From Candidatus Poseidoniaceae archaeon (GTDB lineage Archaea > Thermoplasmatota > Poseidoniia > Poseidoniales > Poseidoniaceae): a DNA stretch of 64,000 bases. The translations under genes were made by a program, and so were the position numbers. Shown in pieces: positions 29,537 to 37,814 of the stretch. How positions within the stretch are numbered: the stretch's first letter is position 1; every line of letters starts with the position of its first letter. Where the stretch lies: NCBI GenBank assembly GCA_028356125.1, contig JAOMTZ010000006.1:3350-67349 (forward strand). Reading direction: 5' to 3'. The notes under the pieces are model-generated. The model ran no database searches. It was not told the origin of the DNA and saw nothing but the letters and a program-made list of their open reading frames with translations.

Positions 29537-30241
29537 TCACTCTTCTTCGGAATCTTCAGTAGGTACACGAGGTTCGTGTTCTTCAACGAAAGATACCTTG
29601 CCAGCACTGACAGCGTCTCTTAGTACAGTTACTAAGCGGAACTTCTGCATTGCAGCGTTGGTGTCGAAAAGCATGGTTTGTGGGACAACGATTGAAAGGT
29701 CATCGCCGTCAAATGTGACTACGAATCCTTCGTGACCAGTATTTGCTTCTAGTAGAGCAGATACCTTCTCTTCCTTTCCTTCGATTACCTTTACAATCTT
29801 GTAGTCGTACTTTAGTTTACGACCAGCCATAGGGTGGTTGTAGTCAATACGTGCACGACCTGCTGCAAGGTAAGAGAGAGTTCCTTGGCGACCTTCGATA
29901 GATACAGGTCCTCCAATGTACAATGACTTAGGGTCACGGACATGGCGTAGCAACTTGTCGATTGAGATAGTTTCAATTTGGTCAGGGTCTTTTTCACCAT
30001 AAGCATCTGCAGGAGCGATTTCTAGCGAAATGTCCTTGTCAGCCTTAGCGGAAAGTAGGCTTTCTTCGAATCCTGCAATCAAGTTTCCAGATCCCACGAC
30101 ACAAACTAGCGGGGTGTAGCTGCGGCCTTCCTGATGCATGTCGTGCTCCTTTGCGACATCTTCTCTAGTAGTTTCAATTAAATCGCCTGAGTCTGCGTTG
30201 TACAAATCGTACTCCACATGGACAATAGTTCCTTCTTCCAT
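29537..30241 (-). CDS. FKBP-type peptidyl-prolyl cis-trans isomerase (long archaeal SlyD-like)
   Basis: N-terminal FKBP fold (VHVEYDLYNADSGDLIETTRE), an IF insert, and a C-terminal domain. Confidence 0.85.
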   Translation of the reverse strand: MEEGTIVHVEYDLYNADSGDLIETTREDVAKEHDMHQEGRSYTPLVCVVGSGNLIAGFEESLLSAKADKDISLEIAPADAYGEKDPDQIETISIDKLLRHVRDPKSLYIGGPVSIEGRQGTLSYLAAGRARIDYNHPMAGRKLKYDYKIVKVIEGKEEKVSALLEANTGHEGFVVTFDGDDLSIVVPQTMLFDTNAAMQKFRLVTVLRDAVSAGKVSFVEEHEPRVPTEDSEEE

Positions 30242-30255
30242 GGTAATTCACCTAT

Positions 30256-30270
30256 CGCCCCCTACGGGGG
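30256..30270. terminator. Hairpin gccccc-tac-gggggc
   Basis: Perfect 6-bp GC stem with a tri-loop, between the CcmF-like stop and the FKBP start. Confidence 0.4.
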
Positions 30271-30296
30271 CATTCCGGCGACCAACCATCCCTATT

Positions 30297-32603
30297 TCAA
30301 TCAGTTGGGTCATTCCGGGGTCGCCATATGGCCAGACTAGCCAATAACATGAACGTCCATCCAGCCCATACCAAATGTATTCCAGGTAGGTCATAAACCA
30401 TGATCCTGACTAAGTCACTTCCTTCCATCAAAGAGCGTGCCTGCGTGCCATCCATAATCAAAACTACATCCCCGTGCCACATAGTTACACGGTCTACTTC
30501 AGAGCGGGAACGAGTGTCAAATCTGATGACTCCTGGTTCAACAGTATCTATCAAATCCCCATCTTCATAGACATTAATCACTGCCCCCAAATAACCGTCG
30601 CCAACTTCTAAATTGTCGGTCTCGGTAACGACTTCAGTAAATTCAAATTCATAATCGCCCCATTCGACCTTTTCGTCTTTGATTAGGGTGACACTATGTG
30701 AATAAGTCCCCCTGTCAATAATTGTGGTGCTCATTACATGTCCAATGATCATCAGGACCAACCCAAAGTGAATGATGTGTGCGTATAGGGATACGTTCCT
30801 TTTGCCAGTGTTTTCTCTTATCAGTGAAAAAGTTGCAGGCAGCGCCATCAAGGCAGGCAATAGTACCACCATGCCAATTTGCCCACGTGTGAGAGATGCC
30901 CCGAGCACATCAGTTGAATCATACCCTAGCGAGTTGCCGAATAACCAAGCGACGACTATTATCAAAGGCGTAGAGATTAGGAAACCAAACACTCTCTGTG
31001 GTTTGTCTCGTAGACTCCACATCACTAATGCTATCATTAGTGCTGCAATGAATGGTGCTCCATACAGCTCGTGAGCAGCTAGTTGTATCGAATCGATGCT
31101 AGAGATAAGTATCACTAATGTCAAAATAAGATACAGTCCGACCACTACTACTGGAGCCCATAGTGCAATTCGTTGCTGGTATTTTCTTTCCTTGAATGAG
31201 AAATTCGACTCTTCATTATCCCCGGCTACTAGCCAAGGCGTGATGAAAGCAATCATGCCTATTGCACAAATCCATATGTCCAGCATTCCAGACCACGATG
31301 CCGATAGGAATAGTACTACTCCTGCACTAGCCCATCCCCAAGCCTTGAGCCGTTCTTTCTCGAATATCAATCCAAATGCGAATAGCAGCGAAAGCAATTC
31401 GAACAATACCATTCCATGTTCAATCCTTAGCAGTACCATTACTCCTGGCAATGCGAACCATTTCCAATCATGTCCCTTGGGTAGTGATCTTATTCCAGCC
31501 TCAACAAATGGACCTAGGCCCAAAATCACCAGCAAAGTAGGAGGGAACCCATCTAGTACGTCTCCTCCACCTGCAACTCCCATCATTGCAATTAGGGGCA
31601 ACATTGCTAGCCACCACTTAGAAAATTCAGTACCTAATCTGGATGCTAAAAATATCCCCATGAGTTGTATTATGGCTAATAGGTAAACAATGACCTCTAT
31701 ACCACTGATGTCAGATAATATTAGCATAATCCTGCCAAAAACGTCTCCTGGAGGGGAGCCTTCGGAATTGATTACGAAAGTGTGTACGCTCACAGCCCAA
31801 ACACCACCGGCTCTAGTAACCATAGTAGCAAATAATGCCAATGCGCCAGTTGCCATTCCAATTCCGGCCCACATATGATCGGATGTTTTACCAGGTCTTG
31901 TTCTAAGGTGAAGTAATACCACTAAACTAATCCATGGGAGTAATGAGCCAGTCTCCACAGGATCCCATGCCCAATATCCTCCCCAGTCTAGTATTAAGTA
32001 AGCCCAAAGTCCTCCAAGGCCAATGCCTAGAGTTGAGAAAAAGAATGCAGGTCTTGCAACTTGAATCAAGCTATCCTTTACTCCATCACTTGATGTCATC
32101 AGGGATGTAATTGCTATTATTGCTAGCGTTATGCACAACGAGTATGCAAGGAATATGAGAGGTGGGTGAATAATCATCAAATCTGTTTGTAATAGTTCAT
32201 TTAAGCCAGGTCCAGAGGACTCTGCTTCCTTGAATGGCTGTAATATCCAAGCTACCAGTAGTAGGGTTAATGCAAAACCATTCATCATTCGAACCCGCAT
32301 TAGGTGAGTTTCTTCATTTTCACCAGACAATGGATTACGCCAGATTGTAGTCAAAAGAGCCATCCACGCTGCCCATAGCAAGATTGGCCCCTCTCTTGCA
32401 GCCCAAGTTGCAGCAAAGCGATACTTAAGCGGTAAATCCTCTCCTCCATACCATGCTACCAAATGTATCGAATTGTAATCCATGGTGAACATTGCAGCTA
32501 GCACAAAAAACGGTAAAGCCAGAATCCATGTAATTCTCGCATCGGGTTTGTATGTCACCCATGCTGCTGTCACTACAGCAAGAGGCATCAATAGAGATTC
32601 CAT
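30297..32603 (-). CDS. CcmF/NrfE-like cytochrome c-type biogenesis (heme lyase) membrane protein
   Basis: WWD-domain signature WAYLILDWGGYWAWDPVE plus HPPLIFLAY. 768 aa, polytopic. Confidence 0.6.
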   Translation of the reverse strand: MESLLMPLAVVTAAWVTYKPDARITWILALPFFVLAAMFTMDYNSIHLVAWYGGEDLPLKYRFAATWAAREGPILLWAAWMALLTTIWRNPLSGENEETHLMRVRMMNGFALTLLLVAWILQPFKEAESSGPGLNELLQTDLMIIHPPLIFLAYSLCITLAIIAITSLMTSSDGVKDSLIQVARPAFFFSTLGIGLGGLWAYLILDWGGYWAWDPVETGSLLPWISLVVLLHLRTRPGKTSDHMWAGIGMATGALALFATMVTRAGGVWAVSVHTFVINSEGSPPGDVFGRIMLILSDISGIEVIVYLLAIIQLMGIFLASRLGTEFSKWWLAMLPLIAMMGVAGGGDVLDGFPPTLLVILGLGPFVEAGIRSLPKGHDWKWFALPGVMVLLRIEHGMVLFELLSLLFAFGLIFEKERLKAWGWASAGVVLFLSASWSGMLDIWICAIGMIAFITPWLVAGDNEESNFSFKERKYQQRIALWAPVVVVGLYLILTLVILISSIDSIQLAAHELYGAPFIAALMIALVMWSLRDKPQRVFGFLISTPLIIVVAWLFGNSLGYDSTDVLGASLTRGQIGMVVLLPALMALPATFSLIRENTGKRNVSLYAHIIHFGLVLMIIGHVMSTTIIDRGTYSHSVTLIKDEKVEWGDYEFEFTEVVTETDNLEVGDGYLGAVINVYEDGDLIDTVEPGVIRFDTRSRSEVDRVTMWHGDVVLIMDGTQARSLMEGSDLVRIMVYDLPGIHLVWAGWTFMLLASLAIWRPRNDPTD

Positions 32604-32607
32604 CGAT

Positions 32608-33834
32608 TCACCAACCGAAATGCTTAGCTCTTGAATAACCGAATGAAAGTAATACGCTGATTACTCCTTTAGTATACAGGATTGGGTGCCTAACTAACAA
32701 CTTCGTACCAATCCAAATTTTGTCTAATGGCGACATAGAACCCAATTCTTCAGGCAAGCAGTGTGCCATATTGGACAATTCCTGGTCAGATAATTCATAC
32801 AGTGATGTTTTACCCTTCAGTATTTTGTGGTAAGGGGGGAACTTCTTTTTCCATGCTTTGACATAAGGTTGCATGTTTTTGTCAGAAAGATCTCCTAAGT
32901 TAATCGCTTTAGAGATTGTTTGAGCCGCTTCTCTTCCTGACCAAAGTGCAAGATGTGAGCCTCCTTCGAATAGAGGAGAAGTAAATCCTGCTGCATCTCC
33001 AACTAGGATTAGGCCGTCGCCTGTAGTAATTTCTCGAGGCCCGGATATTGGAATTGTGCCTCCAAATGGTTTTGGTTTACTACCTGGTTTTCTCCATTCA
33101 GGATTCTGAACGCCTTTGCCTTTCAAGTAAGTATCTTCGACGAATTTGTCTAGGTATTTGATGGCGCCTTTTTTGTCGGTTGTAACAAGTCCGACATTCG
33201 CTCTACCGCCTTTCTTAGGAATCATCCACACGTATCCGTGTGGCGAATATTCAGGCCATAAGTAGAAGTCCAGATAACCGTCATTTTCAACTTCAGTCAT
33301 CTCGTATTGAAACCCTGCAATGACCTCAACTTCAGTGCCCATGTCTAGCAATTTGGTGGCGGCCCCGGTCACTCCTGAAGCGTCAATAACCGCTTTACAT
33401 TCAATTGGAAATTCATTTCCTCTGCCATCAATTTTCCAATTGACAAATTCATTTTCGCTATTGTAAACTCTTTCCATAGATGTAACTCTGTGAGATAGGT
33501 GTAAACTAGCGCCTGCTTTAACAGACTCATCGCATAACCATTGTTCGAATTTATGTTTCTCCAAAACGTATCCTTTCTCAGTTAACAATTTAGCTGTTCC
33601 ATCTGGGAAAATTACTCTTATTCCTTTGCAATCTAGAGCAACCACTTCCTCTGGTAATTCTAGATCTAAATTATCTATCGCCATCTGCGATAGGCACTCG
33701 CCACAATGAACGGGGACTCCCACTTCAGGGTCAGCCTCAACTATCATGGTACTGAGTCCTGCGCGAGCAGAGTGTAGAGCGGCAGAACCCCCTCCGGGTC
33801 CGGCTCCAATAACCAGAACATCACAACTCGCCAT
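32608..33834 (-). CDS. Geranylgeranyl reductase family FAD-dependent oxidoreductase
   Basis: N-terminal CDVLVIGAGPGGGSAA FAD fold. 408 aa. Confidence 0.8.
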   Translation of the reverse strand: MASCDVLVIGAGPGGGSAALHSARAGLSTMIVEADPEVGVPVHCGECLSQMAIDNLDLELPEEVVALDCKGIRVIFPDGTAKLLTEKGYVLEKHKFEQWLCDESVKAGASLHLSHRVTSMERVYNSENEFVNWKIDGRGNEFPIECKAVIDASGVTGAATKLLDMGTEVEVIAGFQYEMTEVENDGYLDFYLWPEYSPHGYVWMIPKKGGRANVGLVTTDKKGAIKYLDKFVEDTYLKGKGVQNPEWRKPGSKPKPFGGTIPISGPREITTGDGLILVGDAAGFTSPLFEGGSHLALWSGREAAQTISKAINLGDLSDKNMQPYVKAWKKKFPPYHKILKGKTSLYELSDQELSNMAHCLPEELGSMSPLDKIWIGTKLLVRHPILYTKGVISVLLSFGYSRAKHFGW

Positions 33835-33835
33835 G

Positions 33836-33852
33836 CCTCCCCGTAGGGGAGG
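33836..33852. promoter_or_regulatory. Hairpin cctcccc-gta-ggggagg abutting the GGR start codon
   Basis: Perfect 7-bp stem in the divergent GGR/UbiD intergenic region. Confidence 0.4.
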
Positions 33853-33913
33853 CGGGACTTCAATGAGTCGGCGGAGAACAAGTATTCATGAGCAATGTCG
33901 GTCAGGAACTGGT

Positions 33914-35839
33914 ATGGCCTGGCGTAATATGACTCGTTGGCTCGCTCACTTAGAGAAGAATGGCGAGTTACTGCGTATCATTGAGCCAGTAGATGTCGAA
34001 CTTGAGGCTGGTGCGATTGCAGACCGTCTGGTCAAATCGGGAGGTAAGGCGGTTCTGTTCGAAAAACCGCGTCTGCCAAATGGAGAAATTAGTGAAATCC
34101 CGCTCGCAATGAACCTTTTCGGATCTCATGACAGAACTCTTAGGGCGCTTGGAGCTTCACATCCAACGGAAGTCGGCGACAGACTCGTAGCCTTGATGAA
34201 GCCAGATATCGGCGGGATTGTCAAGAGGCCATGGACTGGCCTGCCGCTGCTAAGAGATGCAATTTCAATGCCTCCGAAGAAAGTTTGGAGAGGGTCTTGC
34301 CAAAGAGTCAAAATGGATGTTGATGTAACTAAATTACCTATACCCAAGACCTGGCCAATAGACGGTGGTCGTTACATCACACTACCTCTTGTTGTCACCA
34401 AAGATCCAAATTCTGGCGAACACAATCTTGGAATGTACCGAGGTCAAATATTCGGCCCAAAGGAAGTTGGGTTACACTGGCAAATTCACAAGCACGGTGC
34501 AGATCATGCCGCAGCATGGCCTGATGGCAAGATGCCAGTAGCAATATGTATTGGCGGGCCCCCTGAATTGATTTTCTCCGCTATCGCTCCACTCCCTGAT
34601 AATTTAGAAGAATACATGTTCGCAGGTTTCCTTGGTAAGAGGAGATTAAGAATTACTAAGGCGCTTACTCAGGATTTGATGGTTCCTGCAGATGCTGACG
34701 TAGTAATTGAGGGATGGGTTGATGCTACTAAGACCCGAACAGAGGGGCCTTTTGGAGACCATTTCGGGTTTTACTCACTTACTGGACAGTACCCCGTGCT
34801 GAATGTCACGGCTGTTACCAGAAGAAAAAATGCAGTATTACCTGCTACTATTGTGGGCCAACCCCCAATGGAAGACGGATATTTAGGTGAGGCGATTGGT
34901 AAACAATTCAGGCCTATACTTTCTTTCCAGCATCGCGATGTACTAGACTTACATCTTCCACTTGAAACAGGGTTCCATAATTTAGCCATAGTAAAGAGTA
35001 AGCAAAGGTATCCTCGGCAAGCTAGGAAAACCTGCCTTGGATTACTTGGTGCTGGGCAAATGATGTTCTTGAAAATCCTGATTGCTACAGATGAAAACCC
35101 TAGTGATTTGGAATCTCTACTAGATGTTCTTAATGACAGAGTCGATCCAAATTCTGATATCACAATTATCGATGGAATGGTCAGCGATTCTCTAGAGCCG
35201 GCTTCTACATTTGAGAACGTACATTCCAAGTTGATTATAGATGCTACAAAATTAGTGACTGCCGATCCTAGAAGCGGCAGTCCCCTCGAAGGCTCATTCG
35301 TAGAAGACTGCCCTCCTTGGCGTAAAGGCGAGGAAGATGCTCCTGGGATAAGTGAATCCTTAGTTGCAGAAATTAAGGATTTAGAAGGCGTCGAAGACGC
35401 CCTATTATTGAGAAATTCAATGTTAATTGTTACAGTGGAAATCGAAGGGAGGCCCGATCCTCGTACTGGTGCACAATGGCCAAATGAGGAGGATGCTGAA
35501 GCCCAAAGAAATAAAATAAACCAATTGCGAAATTCAATTTGGCAATTGGACTCACAAAAAAGCCTAAGGTGGTTATTCGTTACTGATAACGACCTGAATT
35601 TACACGGCGAGGGAATCAATCGTAGGCTGTTGTGGCAACTAACTTCACGCTTCGCAGTTGAACGTGATTTCATCGTAGAAGATGGCCGGATTTTCTGGGA
35701 TGCCACCACTCCGATTCCTTCTAATGATGGTCCGACTCCGGTAAGGCGTTGGCCAGCGATTACAATGCATGATCCCGAAACTCTCCAATCGATTGAGAGG
35801 TTCAATCTGCCGCCTTGGCCTGACAATTTGGTGATGTGA
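33914..35839 (+). CDS. ubiD: UbiD-family decarboxylase with a C-terminal extension
   Basis: Start taken at MAWRNMTRWLAHLEKNGELLRI (start coordinate ±1 nt). The ORF-track N-terminal extension overlaps the GGR gene and the hairpin. UbiD family by overall similarity. Roughly 640 aa against ~490 typical. Confidence 0.75.
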   Translation: MAWRNMTRWLAHLEKNGELLRIIEPVDVELEAGAIADRLVKSGGKAVLFEKPRLPNGEISEIPLAMNLFGSHDRTLRALGASHPTEVGDRLVALMKPDIGGIVKRPWTGLPLLRDAISMPPKKVWRGSCQRVKMDVDVTKLPIPKTWPIDGGRYITLPLVVTKDPNSGEHNLGMYRGQIFGPKEVGLHWQIHKHGADHAAAWPDGKMPVAICIGGPPELIFSAIAPLPDNLEEYMFAGFLGKRRLRITKALTQDLMVPADADVVIEGWVDATKTRTEGPFGDHFGFYSLTGQYPVLNVTAVTRRKNAVLPATIVGQPPMEDGYLGEAIGKQFRPILSFQHRDVLDLHLPLETGFHNLAIVKSKQRYPRQARKTCLGLLGAGQMMFLKILIATDENPSDLESLLDVLNDRVDPNSDITIIDGMVSDSLEPASTFENVHSKLIIDATKLVTADPRSGSPLEGSFVEDCPPWRKGEEDAPGISESLVAEIKDLEGVEDALLLRNSMLIVTVEIEGRPDPRTGAQWPNEEDAEAQRNKINQLRNSIWQLDSQKSLRWLFVTDNDLNLHGEGINRRLLWQLTSRFAVERDFIVEDGRIFWDATTPIPSNDGPTPVRRWPAITMHDPETLQSIERFNLPPWPDNLVM

Positions 35840-36646
35840 GTGGACCTCAAACAGATTGCATCGTTTGTGAAAATCGAGCACACTCTGTTTAGCCTACCTT
35901 TCGTTTTTATCGGCGCTTACATGGCAGGCGACCCTACTTATTCACAATTAATTTGGATTCTCGTTGCAGCGGTTGGAGCACGAGGTTTGGCAATGGGCCT
36001 CAATCGTATAATTGACCGAGATATTGATGCGGCAAATCCAAGGACAGCGAAGAGGCATTTGGCGTCGGGGGCTATGTCGCTCCAGACAGCATGGACTCTA
36101 TGTGGGGTTTTCTTGGTAATGTTGGTTGGTGGGGCTTGGATGCTAAACCCTCTTTGTCTATATTTATCTCCAATACCTGTTGCAGCCTTCGTGGTATATC
36201 CGTATCTCAAAAGGTACACTTGGTTGTGCCATTGGTGGCTTGGTTGTTGTCTAGCATTAGCTCCTGCAGGCGCTTGGGTTGCTATAAATGGCGAAATTTC
36301 ATCTAATTCTTGGTACCCGGATTTGTTGTATGTGTCTCTGGGTGTTCTGGTTTGGATTGCAGCGTTTGATTTAGGATATGCGCAAATGGATATTGAAAGC
36401 GACAAACAGAATGGCGTCAATTCCTTCCCTGCAAGATTCTCACCTCCTGTCACTATGTCTGTAATGTTGCTATCGACTCCTCTATGGGCTGCAGCGTTTT
36501 CAGTAGTTTCAATTGTAGGGTCTATTATTTCGTTGATTCTGGTCCTTGTGGTCTTGTCTGCATCTGGATCACAATTCCAAAACTGGTGGTTTAGAGCTCA
36601 TGTTTCCACTGGTTGGATTCTGTTGATTGGAATGCAACTTTCATAG
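35840..36646 (+). CDS. UbiA-family aromatic/polyprenyl prenyltransferase
   Basis: NRIIDRDIDAANPRTAKRHL Asp-rich motif. About 8 TM helices. Confidence 0.8.
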   Translation: MDLKQIASFVKIEHTLFSLPFVFIGAYMAGDPTYSQLIWILVAAVGARGLAMGLNRIIDRDIDAANPRTAKRHLASGAMSLQTAWTLCGVFLVMLVGGAWMLNPLCLYLSPIPVAAFVVYPYLKRYTWLCHWWLGCCLALAPAGAWVAINGEISSNSWYPDLLYVSLGVLVWIAAFDLGYAQMDIESDKQNGVNSFPARFSPPVTMSVMLLSTPLWAAAFSVVSIVGSIISLILVLVVLSASGSQFQNWWFRAHVSTGWILLIGMQLS

Positions 36647-36669
36647 AGCGGCGACACTCCCCTATGTGC

Positions 36670-37047
36670 ATGAATCCAATCGTCATGTCCTTACTTGAAT
36701 TTAACCAAGCATTTGAAATTCCTCGACTTGGAAGTCCAGGTTTAGGTCCCGGTGAATTGATTGAATTACGAATAAAACTCTTGATGGAAGAAGTTCAAGA
36801 GTATGCTGAAGCGGCAAGAGCAGGCGATTTGGTAGAAGTTCTGGATGCATTGGCTGATATTGGTTACATTCTTGCGGGAACAATAATCAATCACGGCATG
36901 CAAGATATTTATGACGATGCCTTCAACGAGGTACATCGCTCTAATATGGCTAAATTAGTCGATGGTAAAGTTATCCGAAGAGAGGATGGTAAGGTCCTGA
37001 AGCCAGCAGGATGGCAACCTCCTCAACTCGCTCAATTCCTCCAGTGA
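36670..37047 (+). CDS. MazG/HisE-like nucleotide pyrophosphohydrolase
   Basis: LMEEVQEYAEA...LDALADIGYIL and NEVHRSNMAK match the MazG EExxE/D pattern. Start moved to the first Met after the ubiA stop. Confidence 0.55.
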   Translation: MNPIVMSLLEFNQAFEIPRLGSPGLGPGELIELRIKLLMEEVQEYAEAARAGDLVEVLDALADIGYILAGTIINHGMQDIYDDAFNEVHRSNMAKLVDGKVIRREDGKVLKPAGWQPPQLAQFLQ

Positions 37048-37061
37048 GTTATTCAGTAAGT

Positions 37062-37078
37062 GCCCTCCTACGGAGGGC
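37062..37078. promoter_or_regulatory. Hairpin gccctcc-tac-ggagggc immediately 5' of the SDR start codon
   Basis: 7-bp stem. ATG at 37079 directly follows the 3' arm. Confidence 0.4.
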
Positions 37079-37804
37079 ATGCGCACAGCTTTAGTTACGG
37101 GGGGTGGCCGCGGAATAGGGGCTGCAATCTCTAGGCGGCTTGCTAAAGATGGCTATCGCATATTACTGACCTACTGCAATGCATCTAAGCCGGCAGAGAT
37201 GGTCGTTGATGAAATTAGAGATTCGGGAATAGATGCTGTGGCGGCTAATTGCGATGTTACGGATGCCAGGGAGGTTGCCTTATTGGCTACTCATCCATGG
37301 GTGATTGAAGGAATCGATGTGCTCGTTCTCAATCATGGCAGATATGACAGGATAGATGCCAAGGATCTGGATTTGACACATCTTAGGCGTACTATGTCTA
37401 CTAATTTCGAAGGCGCTTTCTTAGTATGGGATTCAGTTAAAAATCAACTTTCAAGTGATGCAAGAATCTGTGTGATTGGCAGCCAACTCGGGACTAGAGG
37501 TTCATCTCACGGCGCAGACTACTCTGCTTCGAAAGCCGCACTTGCCACATGGGCTCGATCATTGGCTCAGTCACTAGCTCCAGAAGGTAAGAGGGTAAAC
37601 ATCGTGGCTCCAGGTTTTGTTGATACCGATATCTTAGCGGGCGATAGTCCCGAGAAGAGGTCTAGTCGCAAGGAAGAGGTCCCGCTAAAGAGAATCGGAA
37701 CTCCTGAAGATATCGCTGGCACAGTATCATTCCTTGTTGGCAATGAATCGAATTATATCACCGGTGCAGTGATACATGTTAATGGCGGTTTATACCTGCC
37801 TTGA
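37079..37804 (+). CDS. Short-chain dehydrogenase/reductase (SDR) family
   Basis: TGGGRGIGAAI Rossmann motif. YSASKAAL catalytic Tyr-x3-Lys. Confidence 0.85.
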   Translation: MRTALVTGGGRGIGAAISRRLAKDGYRILLTYCNASKPAEMVVDEIRDSGIDAVAANCDVTDAREVALLATHPWVIEGIDVLVLNHGRYDRIDAKDLDLTHLRRTMSTNFEGAFLVWDSVKNQLSSDARICVIGSQLGTRGSSHGADYSASKAALATWARSLAQSLAPEGKRVNIVAPGFVDTDILAGDSPEKRSSRKEEVPLKRIGTPEDIAGTVSFLVGNESNYITGAVIHVNGGLYLP

Positions 37805-37814
37805 TGGTGAGAAA

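Noticed and set aside
33746-33913. N-terminal 56-aa extension of the UbiD ORF in the six-frame track
   Set aside because: It overlaps the 3'-most 89 nt of the divergent GGR gene and a structured hairpin, and it is Pro/Arg-rich low complexity. The conserved UbiD N-terminus starts at the internal Met.
33836-37078. GGAGG Shine-Dalgarno-like motifs upstream of the GGR and SDR genes
   Set aside because: The GGAGG lies only 1 nt from the ATG and forms the 3' arm of a perfect hairpin. It is interpreted as part of the hairpin family rather than a ribosome-binding site.
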